From positions 36,892,001 to 36,952,000 of the forward strand of contig CM119372.1 in NCBI GenBank assembly GCA_051294905.1: 60,000 bases of DNA, in the 5' to 3' direction. The DNA is from Botryllus schlosseri. Its lineage: Eukaryota. A program made the position numbers and the translations under genes. Each line of letters opens with the position of its first letter. Position 1 is the stretch's first letter. The notes under the pieces are model-generated. The model ran no database searches, was not told the origin of the DNA, and saw only the letters and a program-made list of their open reading frames with translations. Positions 13,544 through 27,000 of this stretch are shown here, in pieces.

Positions 13544-16117
13544 TTGTGTGCAGGTAATCCAATGGAAAAGAGCCGAAAGAGAAGTTCTCGGACAAGATTG
13601 ATATGCAAAAGCTGTCGTCGATCCATATCTTCGTCTTCCAAAGAAGATCACATAACGGCTGCTCATGGGGGCGATTGTTCAATTGAGTTTAGTGTGGAAG
13701 ATCATCTTAAACAAAGCAAGCTAACTTTCAAACCCATTGCTCGGCCCGTTGAAGTTGAACAGTCTCAGCAGTCAGTACTGGTGCCAATCGACAGTGCACA
13801 TGTAAACTCCTGCTCTCCTGAACTTGATATCCCTACTGTGGCAGTGTCTTGTCCTTCAGTGCGAGAAATACCTGTGATAGCGCCCAGTGATGATGCTTCT
13901 TCATCTGTTCCAAATTACAAAACCATTGCTATGTCAAATGTCGATCCTAGATCTAGTAGTGATTTGCAAACATCTGCTAATGATAACATTGAACCTCACC
14001 AACCAATTCTACAACGGTACAATCCGAAGAAGTATGATGATGAAAAAAGACCAAGAGATTTCAATCCGAAGCTTTTTAAAACTCACCCCTGGCTAACATT
14101 CAACGAGAAGGACAAGACTATAGAATGCTTTCCATGCATGAAATTTAACAAATCGAAGGAGGCATTCAAGTATTTACAATATAGGATGCCTCATAAGTTG
14201 ACTATTCATGCAAAGTGTAAGTCTCATCTTACAGCAATGGAAAAATGGGTTAATCTCAAAATCAATTGCTTCAAAAAATCTTCGATTTTGACAAAAATGC
14301 GTGCATGCCACCAAGAAGAGGTAATGCAAAACAGGCGCTACTTGAAAGTGATAATAGAATGTCTGCTTTTCACTGTGCAGCAAAATATTGCCCAACGTAA
14401 TTATACTGAAAACCGACTCCACATTGATGAAAAATCAGATAGCAACCGTGGGAATTTTCTGGAGCTCCTCAATTTCAGGTGTAAAGACATTCCATGGCTA
14501 GCGTCAAGACTGGAGCATTCGTTAGCACTACATAAACAGTGGACATCCCCAATTATCCAAAATGAAATCGTCGATATAGCAGCTGCTCAAGTACAGAAAG
14601 CAATTTGTACAAACATTGCTCAAGCTGGGATTTTCAGTCTCATAGTTGACGAGACGACCGATGTTAGTAATGATGAGCAATTGTCGCTTTGTATACGTCA
14701 TCTGATACAAGGTCAAATCAAGGAAAGTTTCATTGGTTTTTATAATCCAAAAAACACTGAAGGCGAAACTTTGTTTCTTCTTGTAAAAAAAAGTGTTAGA
14801 AGATTTGGGATTGGACATTGAGAATTTGGTCGGACAGTGCTATGATGGGGCTTCTAACATGAGTGGAAAACACAAAGGTATAGCAACCAGAATACAGAAA
14901 ATTGTACCACAGGCAGTATATGTACATTGTTATGCTCATCGTTTGAACTTGGCCCTTCAGGATACTCTGGAAGCAAATGCCATTTTGAGAAATGCCCTTG
15001 GTTTGATACAGTCGTTGCATAATTTTTTTCACACACCAAAAAGGGAAACTATTCTACGTGGTTTTTCTGATGAAGAGAAATTTGGCAAATATGTCAAACT
15101 GAAAGGAATTTGTGTGACACGCTGGGTATGTCGTTATAAAGCGGTGAATTCTATAGACATTCAAACCTGCCGAATAATATTGGCACTAAAGGCTTGCTCG
15201 AATGAAAAAGATTCGAAAACCTGTGTTGATGCTGCTGGTCTACTCAAGGCTGTCTGCGATTTCCAATTCCTTTTGGGACTTAAAATTTTGAATTGGATTT
15301 TCAAATTTACTGACAGCCTTTCCATCCATCTTCAAGGGACAGAAATTGATGTAGGAATTTCACAACAACTGGCAACAGCAACCATTTCATGCTTGCGTAA
15401 TGCAAGGACTAAAACGGCATTTCATGGAATCTGGAAAGACGCTTGTAAATCTGTTGAACATCTGAAACGCCAGGATGTTGACATCGAGGTGACTCTACAC
15501 CGGAGACAGCAGTGGCCATCTAAAAGGTTCCAAGCACTGGTTGGTGAGGATGGTGAGAGGGACGCAACTAGGGGGTTTTCTGATGAGGAAAGGATGTGCT
15601 ATGAAGTGTACTTTGACGCGATTGATAGAATCTCTGCTGAGCTATCTGAACGGTTTGCCAACAACACGTCGAAAGTTCTTCTGTCGCTAGCAGAAATGGT
15701 TCAAGGGAAAGGAACTAAGGATGACTATAAAGAAATATCCGCCTTTTATTCCATAGATCAGGAATTGTTGGAATCTGAGTGTATTCTGTTCCAAAACTTA
15801 AATCCGCAAGGTATAATCAAAAGTGCTGGAGAATGTACGGAACTTCTTGTGTCTACAGGCATTGGAAAAACCCTTCCCCATTTCTCGAGGGCCGCACAGA
15901 TTTTTGCCACTATTCCTGCGCGACATCTTGCACTGCTGAAAGGTCTTTTTCAGGGTTGAGAAGGCTCAAGACCTATCTGAGATCCACTATGGGGCAGCCA
16001 CGTCTTACTAACATGGCGGTATTATACCTTGAAAGAGACATGACAAATAATATTTATATTGAGGATATCATAGATGTGTTTGGTATGCGCCATGGCAGAA
16101 ACAAATACTTTTTTTGA
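13544..16117 (+). pseudogene. hAT transposase (ZMYM1/THAP12-like: TTF-type zinc finger, DUF4371-like region, hAT dimerisation domain) with two frameshifts
   Basis: Three overlapping ORFs join into one protein: WL..CFPC..H..H zinc finger, IVDETTD, CYDGASNM, HCYAHRLNL, TRW, AERSFSGLRRLKTYLRSTM. Lesions are one extra A in the A8 run at 14785-14792 and a CG duplication at about 15919; no in-frame stops. Likely splice acceptor at about 13553. Confidence 0.9.
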
Positions 16118-16374
16118 ATTGCCAACACTACCCAGAAATTGGGAAGCCTAGATTAATCTTGGACTCTGTATCAGTGTGTGTGTGTGTATCAGTCATTTGC
16201 TTTCAGTGTATTTCAGTCCTGAATATCCTGAATATGTGAAAAGTTGTTTCCAGTGCGACATCGAAACAAACAAATGCATTATAACTGCTTTTGTGATTCA
16301 TTGTCTATTTGGGCGATAAAAATATTTTCGCATCCCTAATAGTTTTTGCTCCCATACACCTATGCTAACAGCTC

Positions 16375-17298
16375 CCCAGTCATTTCATGCTCGGAAAGTT
16401 TACAGAATTGGTTGATTATGCGGTAAGGAATTTCTAATTGGAATATATCCTGAAATAAAAATCCTTGTGCATTTTTATGATGATCGCTGTTTGCTTCTCC
16501 AAAATATCGGTCATGCTGGTTGGACCGGTATAAAGCTCGAGCAAGCTTGGCAATTGGAAAAGTTCACGTCTTGGTAAATTTCTGTGATATTAATGGCTCA
16601 CCGGGGAATCCGGACAGTGCCATTTTCACCATAAACCTCAGTTATAATCTTTACGATGAACGGATATATTCGACTGGGGTCTACAATAACTTATCGATAA
16701 CTTAATTTATCGTAGGCTCCGATTCGACTCATAAACTTTGGAGAATAGGTCCGTCAAGTATAAGCGATATCTTTCCTCGCAACCATAAATTCATGTCCGA
16801 GGCCAGGGTTGCAGTGCTTCGAATAATCCACGATTGTTTGAAACAGACAGTGAAATCATGCAAGGCAGTTTCCCTCAAAAAGCCATCACACCTCGCAGTG
16901 CATGAACGACTGCTCAAATACTCCGTATTTATCACAGCACACAATGAATCGAACTTTCTACGGATCTGGGTGACTGCTGAATCAGTCCATTGATGGGCGG
17001 AATCGATATTATCAAGTAACAATGGACTTTTCCGGTACAGCTGATTTAATAGGCCGACGACCCTAAATTGCCTTGACTGAATCAATTTCGCATTTTCAAT
17101 GTGTATTTGACTGCTTCATTCATTAATCGTTTCAACACTACGCAGTATAGTTGACTTTCAAACCTGCACCGCCCCCATTTGCTCTCACCACCAAATTTTG
17201 TAGCCACTGCCCCCCAATCACCCATTTCTTGCCCAGCGCCCCCTTTCACGCTCGCAAACGCCCCCAGCAGACGCTGGCGCCCACTTGGGGACCATTGG
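16375..17298. repeat. Right part of a Charlie-like hAT non-autonomous element; second copy at about 24775-25654
   Basis: About 0.9 kb colinear similarity to 24775-25654, ending GCGCCCACTTGGGGACCATTG with CGCCCCC subterminal motifs. Confidence 0.75.
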
Positions 17299-18016
17299 TA
17301 TCGATACAATGCCGTTAAGTATCAATGATTACGTGTAATCGATCAATATATCATTATGGTTCAACAGTGACATCGAAAAACAGAATGACCGAATCGCCGC
17401 GAACAGACTTCAACGTTCGTAATCAATTGTAGCTACGGTAATACTAAAACATAACAATCGCTGGCATCTTATCATACGCGCAAGTTCGTCAACAAGAGAA
17501 GCCTGTATAGAATTGGTATTGACGCCTGTAGCCTACTGCTCGTGCGGTGGTGCGTATTATGCATGGGTACAGGCTTTTTTTCCAGGAATGACATGGCATT
17601 TTTAGGGTGCGTATTATATATGGTTATTAATATGCATGGGAAATTACGGTAAAAGTAACTTAACTGAATTAGAAATTAGGTATCCCGGATCAGACAATGA
17701 GAAAAATAATTGGATTCTGGATTCTATCCCATTCCCGGAAAATCTGCAGGATTCCTATGTGGTTAGAATTCAAAATCCTCATCCACTACATCTCGAGCTT
17801 ACTATATCTCGTCTGATAAATATTGTTGCATAGCGTCTTCCTGCAATCGGAACTATGCTCAATCATTCTACAATTCCCCACTATCATCACAAAATTCCAT
17901 TTTGCAAAACTCATATTATTATAGGAATGATAACTCGGATTTGATGAGCAAGAGAATGTGAATTTCGATACATTTCGTAGTGATGCCAACCCTGCAGGTA
18001 TGAAACCCATTTCAGT

Positions 18017-21000
18017 TCATTCTTTCGTCGATGGACAAGACGGATTACCATCCACATATTCCCCAACTTTGGGCGGGGTGAACTCTTCAAAGTAGTTCTG
18101 AATATATATAGTCGAACAATGATTATAATTTCAAGTTGCTGTTATATAATTAACACCCACCAGTATTGCATCGCTTTTATAGAGACAACTCGCGTATTGC
18201 TTTGTATTCTCCATGAATTCCTGAGCAAACGCGCGCTTGCCGTCGTCCCACACCACCTTAATATTTCATGTATGAGTATGAGAAGTACAGAAAGTGAAAT
18301 GCCAATAGGGGTATCGACCTAATCATTGAACTATGTTTGGACGCAGGTTGAGATATTAAACCGGAAAATTAGCATGAAGATTGTGTAGCCTATTTATAGT
18401 TTGGATACGCACAACGTACCATAGTCCTACGAATTTAAAAACTCTGTTTATATCAGAATATATCAATTTTGTATTCCTAGTTGCTAAATCGTTGCAAATG
18501 GCAGTAACTCGTGTCTACTTCAAAAACTAACGAGGACATCAAGTTTACCTGTGAAATTTATTTCGATTAATTACGTGTTTGTAGCCTATAAGAAGGCGAA
18601 GTGCGGTCTACGATCGAGTAAAATTGTAGCTCGCAAGATAGCCATTCTTATTGTTTATCAGAAAGAGTCATGTATGAATAAAAATATTAGTATAATCGGA
18701 ATTCAAACTGACTCCTGAAAAAAGTTTCTCCCATAAGATTTCCATTGCGCTCCAATAATTATATATGATTTCCATTCCAACCCGCTCCACTTCTTTTGGA
18801 TCCAGCGATACGTTTAAGCCATTGGCGAGCACACTAAGATTTTCTAAGTAAAAGAAATTGGATTATATCAATAATCAAAAGTTATCTCGATAAGGAAATA
18901 TTATCAGATTCAGAAATCACCATAGACTTTGCCCCTCGACCCACATAGGGTCATACGTAACGGTGGGTAATGTAGAATGTAGGCAATGCACATTTCGCTG
19001 GTAGTTGGTAGCCCGCCCTGTAACATGATGGTTAAGAGTTATGAGTGTCCCTATTCAACAGTCCGAATTATCAGAATCGCACCGGTGTGATATTTGTTCT
19101 GTCCAAGGTTGTGTAACCACATTCGAGTGTCAACGAATCTCCCGCCTTCAGGGATTTTGGCTCCTCGAAGTACTGAATTTCCTGATAATTGAAGTCGTAA
19201 TGGTCGTCCGACGCCACGGCCAGAAGCTCCGTTCCATTTCTATATTCAAGAAAATTTAAGAATAATTTTAACCCCAATTTAGCCGAGCTATAAGCCGTAG
19301 ATCAGTGATTTCAAACTGGTCAGTAAAGAAGAATTTCCAAATGCCACAGTTTTGTATTCAATTTGCCAAATATGCCAATCTCTTCTCACGATTTGACTTA
19401 AATTGTTGTTCCGCCCATAGATGCTGTAGGCCTGATTTCGAAGACAGTTATTTTGATTGGACGGCGAAATTGAACAGAGCGTTTTGTGTGTGCATTACAA
19501 TTGGAAGGCTTTGCGAACGCGGATTGGAAATCGCAATCCAGCCCGATAATAATCAGCAAACAAGTGCCATGACGCGAGCTATAATCCGAATTCAGAACCA
19601 ATTTATGTTCGAGTAAAAGGACAAATTACTGCTTAAATAGGAGCTTTCACGATTTTAATTATATAATACGTGAATTCGTGTCCACTTGATACTCTCGTAT
19701 TCTCGCGCAATCTCACTTGCGTGAGTCTAGTTTCAACTTGCTACTCACGCAACTCGTTGTGCGCAGAACTGCGTTCTCATTTGTTTGGTCATATCTCATG
19801 GCCAGTCTCACAATGACACTTGCATTAGACGTGGTTCGAACACTGAAACGCGTTGGAAACCACTGTAGTAGATAAAGCTGATCTCCCACCTATTTCAGTA
19901 GACTTTTGGACTTGTTGAAAGTTTTTATCTCAATTTCGGATTCTGAATTTTATTTTCAGTTTTGACTGAAGACAGGTTAGAACACCTGAATAATGAAAGA
20001 ATCACAATAGTCAGAGTTATAGTGATCAGTGTTTGTGATTTTGATCAAATTTGGGGTGATGAGTAATTATTTCCATCCGTCGATCTACCAGATTGAAGCA
20101 AGCAACCAAAATAATTGCCTGAAGTGACGCAGCCTCATCTTTGTACCCGCTAAATGGGAATGGACAAATACGCCAAAAATCTTGACCTCGTCCACACCAG
20201 CCCCCTTCATTGCCTGAACAACAATGCTGCGTTAAAGAAGACGGTGTATTTTGGGTTCAAGTGGGCATTAATACCGTGTTCAAACAGTTCTCCCGGCAAT
20301 AACCACCAAGCTGGAAATTGTCAGCTCCTGGAGGTATCCATATCGTGGTGAGGGAATGTTCGATATCGAACAGGCCAACCAGCGTTCCTGGCTTTTCCTT
20401 AACATACGATATTCGCATGCCGGAACTGTCAACAAACTCTAAGCGAAAAAGCTGTAAATAGACTGAAAATAGTCCACATTCAGATCGCGTCACCTCTTCC
20501 TTCTGGATTGTCATAGTGCATTTCCACGAGAACATATTGAGGGTGGCTGTAACCGCCTACTGGAAATCCAGAGTCCGTTGGAAATACAGTTCCCGAACCG
20601 CCCACGGCCCAACCTCCCAAAATCTTACTGCATCCCGCAAAGAAGGGATTTATCTCATCGTAGCACGAATACGAGCTGGTCAGCTGTTTTTGACTCTGAA
20701 ATTAGACGGCTGCAGCTACATCTCGAACATACAAATTTTAAGAACCAGCATAACTATTACAGAGATCTTGAATCGGTGACTCCTTAATATGCCCAATCCT
20801 GCATATGGCTGTTTTGATGATGACATCGGACTCTACGATTTCCTATAAGTTTATTATATGCTGGCACTTCTTAATTGGCATCTATTGCAGGAATTTTCTT
20901 TTAACTTTCTATGACGAGACAAATCAGTATTGTTGTGACAGCTAAGATAAGCCGTTGTGGGGTCAGTATTAACAAGATCCCATTTTTTTTTGTACAAGTA

Positions 21001-24000
21001 CAACTAATTTCTAGAGTAACATCAGGATGTCCGAGAAGGAATGAAAGTTGAAGAAGGAATTATAACTAGTATCTTACATTTCAGGTGAGGATATAGGAAA
21101 TAGTATTCGTCGGAAGAACAGATTCTGCGGTGTGTCAGGGTTACCATATTTTGCGATTCGAACGAGAGGACACTTTTCAAAAATCTGAAAGTTGTGGTAC
21201 CGAAAAAGAAAACTGGTATGGTAGGCCTACTCTGTTCACTAAAAAAGGTCATCTTTCCCGTCTCTACTTCCGGGATACCCGTCGCAACGTATTTTTCATT
21301 GACTGCCTTGCCAACTCCAGCGTTCGCTGCGTCCGAGTCGAGTTTACGATCACATTTTAATACTTTTTCCAAAAGAAGAGAATATTTTAGCGTCTTTCGA
21401 GGGCACTTTCAATTTAATGAAAAAAGAGAACAAATACTCAAGAGGACATATGGTAACCCTAGTTTCATATGCAATCATAAAATTACGTCAATGAAATGGT
21501 CCAATATAAAGCGGCATTTCGACTTGCGTCACTGCCACATCGATTTTATCACTCAACACCAAAAGAAGCATTAACTGTAACAAACGTGTTACCGAAGAAT
21601 GAACAGTAAATCCACAATTGCTGGTTTCGCTTCGAAATTTACATTTCATTGCCTTCAGTATAGAGATTTATCATACGTCTCCTACAGACATGCAAGTTAA
21701 AATTTGTGGCGTCCAAAGCACACCCAGAAGTTACCGTCGTCTGTTCTATTACAATGAAAATCGTTCGCAAAAGTTTACTCACAATCTCCACGTCACACAA
21801 GAATATGGTGACGTGATGAACATTACGTTCGTTTCCTTTGGTGAAATATGGATGTATCTGAAAAAATGATAAAGTTTCAGCGTTGACATCGAAAGGACGT
21901 ATACACCACATTTTTCGTATCATCTTTTCGTACGCAATGCTTTAAGCTGCTGCATAATAGCATGTTTAGCTACCGTTTTCAGTGGAATGTGTCAGGATAT
22001 TTGCTTCTAGGGATTTGCAGTCAGTTTGTATCCGGCGCCCAAACTTGTGTATAGCTCCAACTTACTCCGGTAATATAAATGGTTTCGTTTGCTTCGGAAA
22101 ACTTCGCAAACTCGCACAAGTAATATGTAGATTTCGCTGGCACAAGAAAATCCGACGGACCGATGTTGGCCTGAAATTCCTCATTCAACTCGGCTGTAAA
22201 AGTAATTGAATTGAGCGGTTGAATTATTGTCAAATCGCTATGTTACAAAAACGGTTCACGTTAACAACAAATTACCTAACTTTACAGGTAAAACATATTC
22301 AGTGTAGGCGAGGTCAATGGACTATCTGAACAACACAAGTATTGTAAATATTGTGGCTTTCACGTTTATGGCATCCTTATATAGCCAAGTTGTAGTTTTA
22401 TAAAACAACATTTGACCAATATTCTCGACGAATGTAATTAGAGTCTATTCAGGAATTCACATTGGTAGATGATGCATCATTGTCGAGTGCGTATGATCGT
22501 GCGATGTCAATCCTATCATATGCACGACGCAAGTCAAGACTTTGTTCGCTAGTGATATTGTGTCGTTTTAATGCTCATATATGTGGAAAAGATGAATTAA
22601 TCTATTATGTATCATATTCCATTCTTCAAATATCTTTGGAAACGCCAGCGGAACGTGATACTATAAAATTTTATGTAGCATTTATGATTATATATTCATT
22701 CGAAGAGACTTTTGGGGGTACAAAACTTTATTATACATTTTAATAATATATTCATATCATAATTATATTAAAACCCTAAGCTTTTCGAGCTGACACTCTT
22801 CAGGGGCGATTGTCAGCAAATAGAGAATTTCAAAAACTTGCACGCAACTACATTGCATACATCCAAGTGTGATGTCATAAAAACGAAAACAACATTGAGT
22901 ACAGGGAAACCGAGAGCGCACATATCCTATGAATCATCATCAATGACTAAAGATCATCTCTACCTGAGCAGAGAATGAGGCCTGATAAATATCAGAAATA
23001 CCTAGCGTACATGAATAATTTTGTACTAAAAGCGAAATATATTACTGGTGAATGATACTCACATGATTTCCGTATCGTAATTGGATTGATTAGCTTCAGG
23101 CTTATGCCACCTGAAGATAACTTGAAAGCTCATTGCTACAGCAAAATATTGTCCATAAAGAGCAACGCATCTTACCTCTGTTCCATCCATGGTAATAGCC
23201 GAAATGTGGTTTGTCGCCATGTAAATCATTTGTCCCATACGCCCATATTACCTTGTACGTACCAGACTACAATAAAAAAAGTAGCGGTTAGCATAAAGGA
23301 TGGTCCAAAAATACGCTTCGCACTCACTGTCGGTATGCCTACCTTGGAAATTCGGGGGCTTGAATTTACCAACGAACCCTGGAAGATCTATCAGGTGGAC
23401 GTTTTTGTGGGATAACAGAAAGATTCAGTAACATTTCTGAGCAAAATTCTTTGAAGTCCAGTTTGCTGTTACTAACTGCATCACGGAGGTAGCAACAGTG
23501 TTGGGATCAAGTCACTACCTTCGAGTCACGAGTCATTTCGAGTCATTGCATATCTTGACTCGAGTCAAGTCAAGTCAACCGATTTTCGAAGGTGACTTGA
23601 GTCAAGTCAAGTCAAGTCATGAGTCAAGTCACAATTCAAGTCAGATTGAATTTACGAAGTATGAGTCATCACTCATTCAAATTCAATTCAAAGTCATTGC
23701 ATTTTGATAGCTGTGTCAAAGACAGATTAATTGGTCATTTATATTGAATCAAATAACGAATATAAAGTTGAACAAACATGCCAAAAGACGTTGTATCGCT
23801 CGCAAACACGTAGAACTGCTAATAAAATAAGTGAGTAGCTGTACAGTTACATATGATACAGTCAGCTATTATCAGCCAAAATATAGAACCGAATACGAAA
23901 CCCCGAAAAGTTGAAACAAAATGATACGGTACAATGGCCTACACTACCCATCTTCACATCCGTAAGAATATAAACGCACATAAGCTACTATATTTGTTCA

Positions 24001-27000
24001 ATTTAAATCAGTGTCTCCCAAACTTTTTTGAGCTACCGCCCCCCTGGACAACGAATGGAGTGCCACCGCCCCCCGAAACCCCCCTCACCACACCTGATCA
24101 TAAAACGAAAGTGGTTCTGCATTTAATATAGCTAATAACGAGACGAATGAAGCTGGTGTATAGGCTAATTATCATCATTCTCGTCATATTGGGTTTGAGT
24201 TTTGATAGGAACAATATCAGTCTAAAATCTCCAGTGTTCACTTCATGTAGGCCTTCTGGCAAGTCGGTTTCTGATGTTAGTCAGGAACTTGGTCACGGCG
24301 CTGAGAACACGTTCTATCAAATATAAGCGGGGAGGACAACGACAAAAAAAGCCAACCCGACTCCTGTGAGAGTGTTTATTTTTTATTCAATTGTGTATCC
24401 AGAACGATTGATTGGAGATTTTGAACTCAAAATTTTTCTACACTTCAATTAGGGCTAACATATTTTGGGAATCTGAAAAGAGGAAGCTTTTTCAAGATTG
24501 TCAGATTTACAATACTGGAATAAAATCCGGAAAAATGGTAAATTTTTTCTGAGTTAGTAGAAAAAAAGGTCATTTTTTCTGGCTCAGGTCCCAAAAAATC
24601 CGTCGAGCACTGATTTCCTATATCTCAGTCAAATCTCCACATACATTTAACCGAAATTTTAAAAAATAGGACAAATTCTCAAAAAAGAGGACATTTAGGC
24701 GTCCTCCGAGGGCACTTTCAAATAAAGTCATAAAAGAGGACGAATCCTCTTAAAAGACTACATTGTAATCAGCTGCTCAAACATTTCATGCCTGGAAACT
24801 ACACAGAAAGGATTGAATATCCGGCGATGAATTTCTAATTGGAATATATCCTGGAACCAAATCACCATCCTCGTGTAATTTTGTGAGATGTTTGATTAAT
24901 GTTTCTCCATCAAAATCAGGTATTCGAGCTGGACCGGCAGCTCAAAGCAAGCTTGAGAATCGGAACAGTTGTTTTGCTGCAAAATTCCGGTGAATTATTG
25001 ATGACTTGTCATCGAATACGGACAGTGCCATGTTCACCTCTATCATTACTAAGAATGGATATATTCTACCCTTAAATTTTGAGAAATACGACAGTCAAGT
25101 AGGAGTGATGTCATTTCTCGCAACCAGAACGCCGTGTCGAAGGCCACGGTGACAGCGCTGTGGAAAATCCTCGATCGTTTGAAACAGATAATAAAATCAC
25201 GCAAGACAGTTTTTCTTAAAAAGCCATCACATCTTGCAGTGAGCAATAAATGCTCAAATACACTTCGTAGTTCTCACAACAGCACATAATGAACCACGCT
25301 TGTCGGGGATGATGCCGACTGCTAAATTAGTCTATTGATGAGCAGGAATAACATTGTCAAGTAACAATGGACTTTTCCGATACAGGTAAATGAATAGACG
25401 GACGACCCTAAATTGCCCTTACTTAATCTATTATGCATTTTCCTGCGAATCTAGCTGCTTTATTATTCAATCGTTTAACACTATACGCAGCAGTTGCCTT
25501 ATTCTAAATCTACACTCCCCGCATTTGCTTTCAGCGCCCCCCTACCGCCCCATTTTCTAGCCAGCGCCCCCCAATCGCCCATTTCATGACCAGCGCCCCC
25601 TTCACGCTCGCGAACGCCCTCAGGGGGCGCTGGCGCCCACTTTGGGAACCACTGATTTAAATCATACGAGAGGGGGGGCAAAGGTGAGCACTTCGCAACG
25701 TAAGCATTGAGCCGTCCAAGAAACAGAGAAACATTGAAATTCGATTAATCTACTACTAGTACGACAACGTAAGCTGTGATCGTTTCGTTTGCGTCAATTT
25801 ATTTGTGATGTAACAATCGAGGATCAGTGTAACGTACAAGCAGTGGTTGCTCTCACAAGTGACACCGGCGTATCTCGAACAATCCGAACATACACAAGAT
25901 ACAGTGATTTGATCGACGCCGTTTAGTTAATGACTTGAAATTGACTAGTAAATTTTTCTCCGAGTCACGAGTCAATGCTGATTTCTGAAGCTCCGAGTCA
26001 AGTCAAGTCAAATCATTTTTCCAAAGCCACTCGAGTAAAGTCAATTCATACAGAAAAGTTGACTCGAGTCAAGTCATGACCCGAGTCATCCCAACACTGG
26101 GTAGCAAAACTATGATGTACCTTGCATGGTAATTATTTATATTTTCTGGGAAGCGAGTGGCGCAGTTGGTTAAACACTGCAGTCACGACACCAAGGACGT
26201 AGGTTGGAATCTCGGCTCTGACCAACTTCTACGTGTCGGAGGTTTCTCCTGGCTCTTCATCGCCGACCTCACTACTAAGGTAGTGGATTGAAAGCCCAGA
26301 CAAAAAGTGAGCCGTGCGACAAGTCGGCAGCAGAGACCACGACGGGGACGCGTGGGAGCGAGAGAGAATGAAGAATGACAGCGAGAGAGATTGAAAGACG
26401 TACCCAAGAATACAAAAAGCAAAGACTTATGGACATTATGAAATTCGTGTCGTGGAGCACAAGGCCTTAAAAGGCGTGAACATGAATACATACATACATT
26501 TATATTTTCTAAAATTCAGCTCGAGATAACACATTGCTCTGGTAACGAATATAATAGGTCTTCTCCCTTTCATTGCTAATTAAATCAGGCTTGGGAACGA
26601 GCTATAGGGTGACAACGCGATGATGTCAGAAGCATCGGTGTCTTATGCCACCTCTCAAAGGACATTTGTCATCCGTGGTGCAAAATGTTGCAAGGTATCC
26701 TGCGGTTATTCGAGCAGTCATAAGATACTGGGTGCAAAAGATGGACACTAACTAGCCTAAAATTGATCGCAAAGCGCCAGAAGAGACTTCCGGCGGACGT
26801 TTACGAACGAGTTGTTATGAAACATTATGGCGGCCGCGGGCTATTTGACAACACGTTTCACAACTGTCGCATCGTCGTGCGTGACATCTTACGTAAGGTC
26901 CTGAGCCTACTCTGATAAATCACCGGAACTTTTACAATATCTTTTCCAGAGAGTGACATGGAAGAAAGTAAAAGTGTTATCGAGTACTACTATCGCACCA

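Larger units (their letters stand above)
10938..16364 (+). mobile_element. Near-intact autonomous-type hAT DNA transposon, 5427 bp
   Basis: Perfect 8-bp TSD CTAACAGC (10930-10937, 16365-16372); imperfect TIRs CACCAGCGTATGGGAG / rc CATAGGTGTATGGGAG; contains a transposase. Confidence 0.9.
10726..17649. mobile_element. Tc1/mariner (pogo/Tigger-like) MITE expanded by nested insertions
   Basis: TA|CCGTAATTTTCCATGTATA ... TATGCATGGGAAATTACGG|TA inverted ends with TA duplication; GGGTGnGTATTATA subterminal motifs on both sides. Confidence 0.6.

Noticed and set aside
14780..14800. Programmed -1 ribosomal frameshift at the A-run in the transposase
   Set aside because: Not a known feature of hAT transposases, and a second independent indel exists downstream; mutation or sequencing error is simpler.
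13544..16117. Host ZMYM1/THAP12 gene
   Set aside because: Bounded by TIRs and a perfect TSD, frameshifted and lacking MYM or THAP domains; it is a transposon copy.
21077..21745. Possible 11-nt microexon (21745-21735) and an ICSSDEYYFLYPHLK exon
   Set aside because: Exon 12 (phase 0) splices directly to 20695 (SQKQLTSSYSCYDEINPFFAGC..), which supplies the expected Cys pair, so no extra exons are needed.
26148..26225. tRNA gene (also at 39110, 6795 and 31090-31165)
   Set aside because: A and B boxes are present but I could not fold a convincing cloverleaf, and each continues into a shared body, usually with a simple-repeat tail. These are SINE heads.
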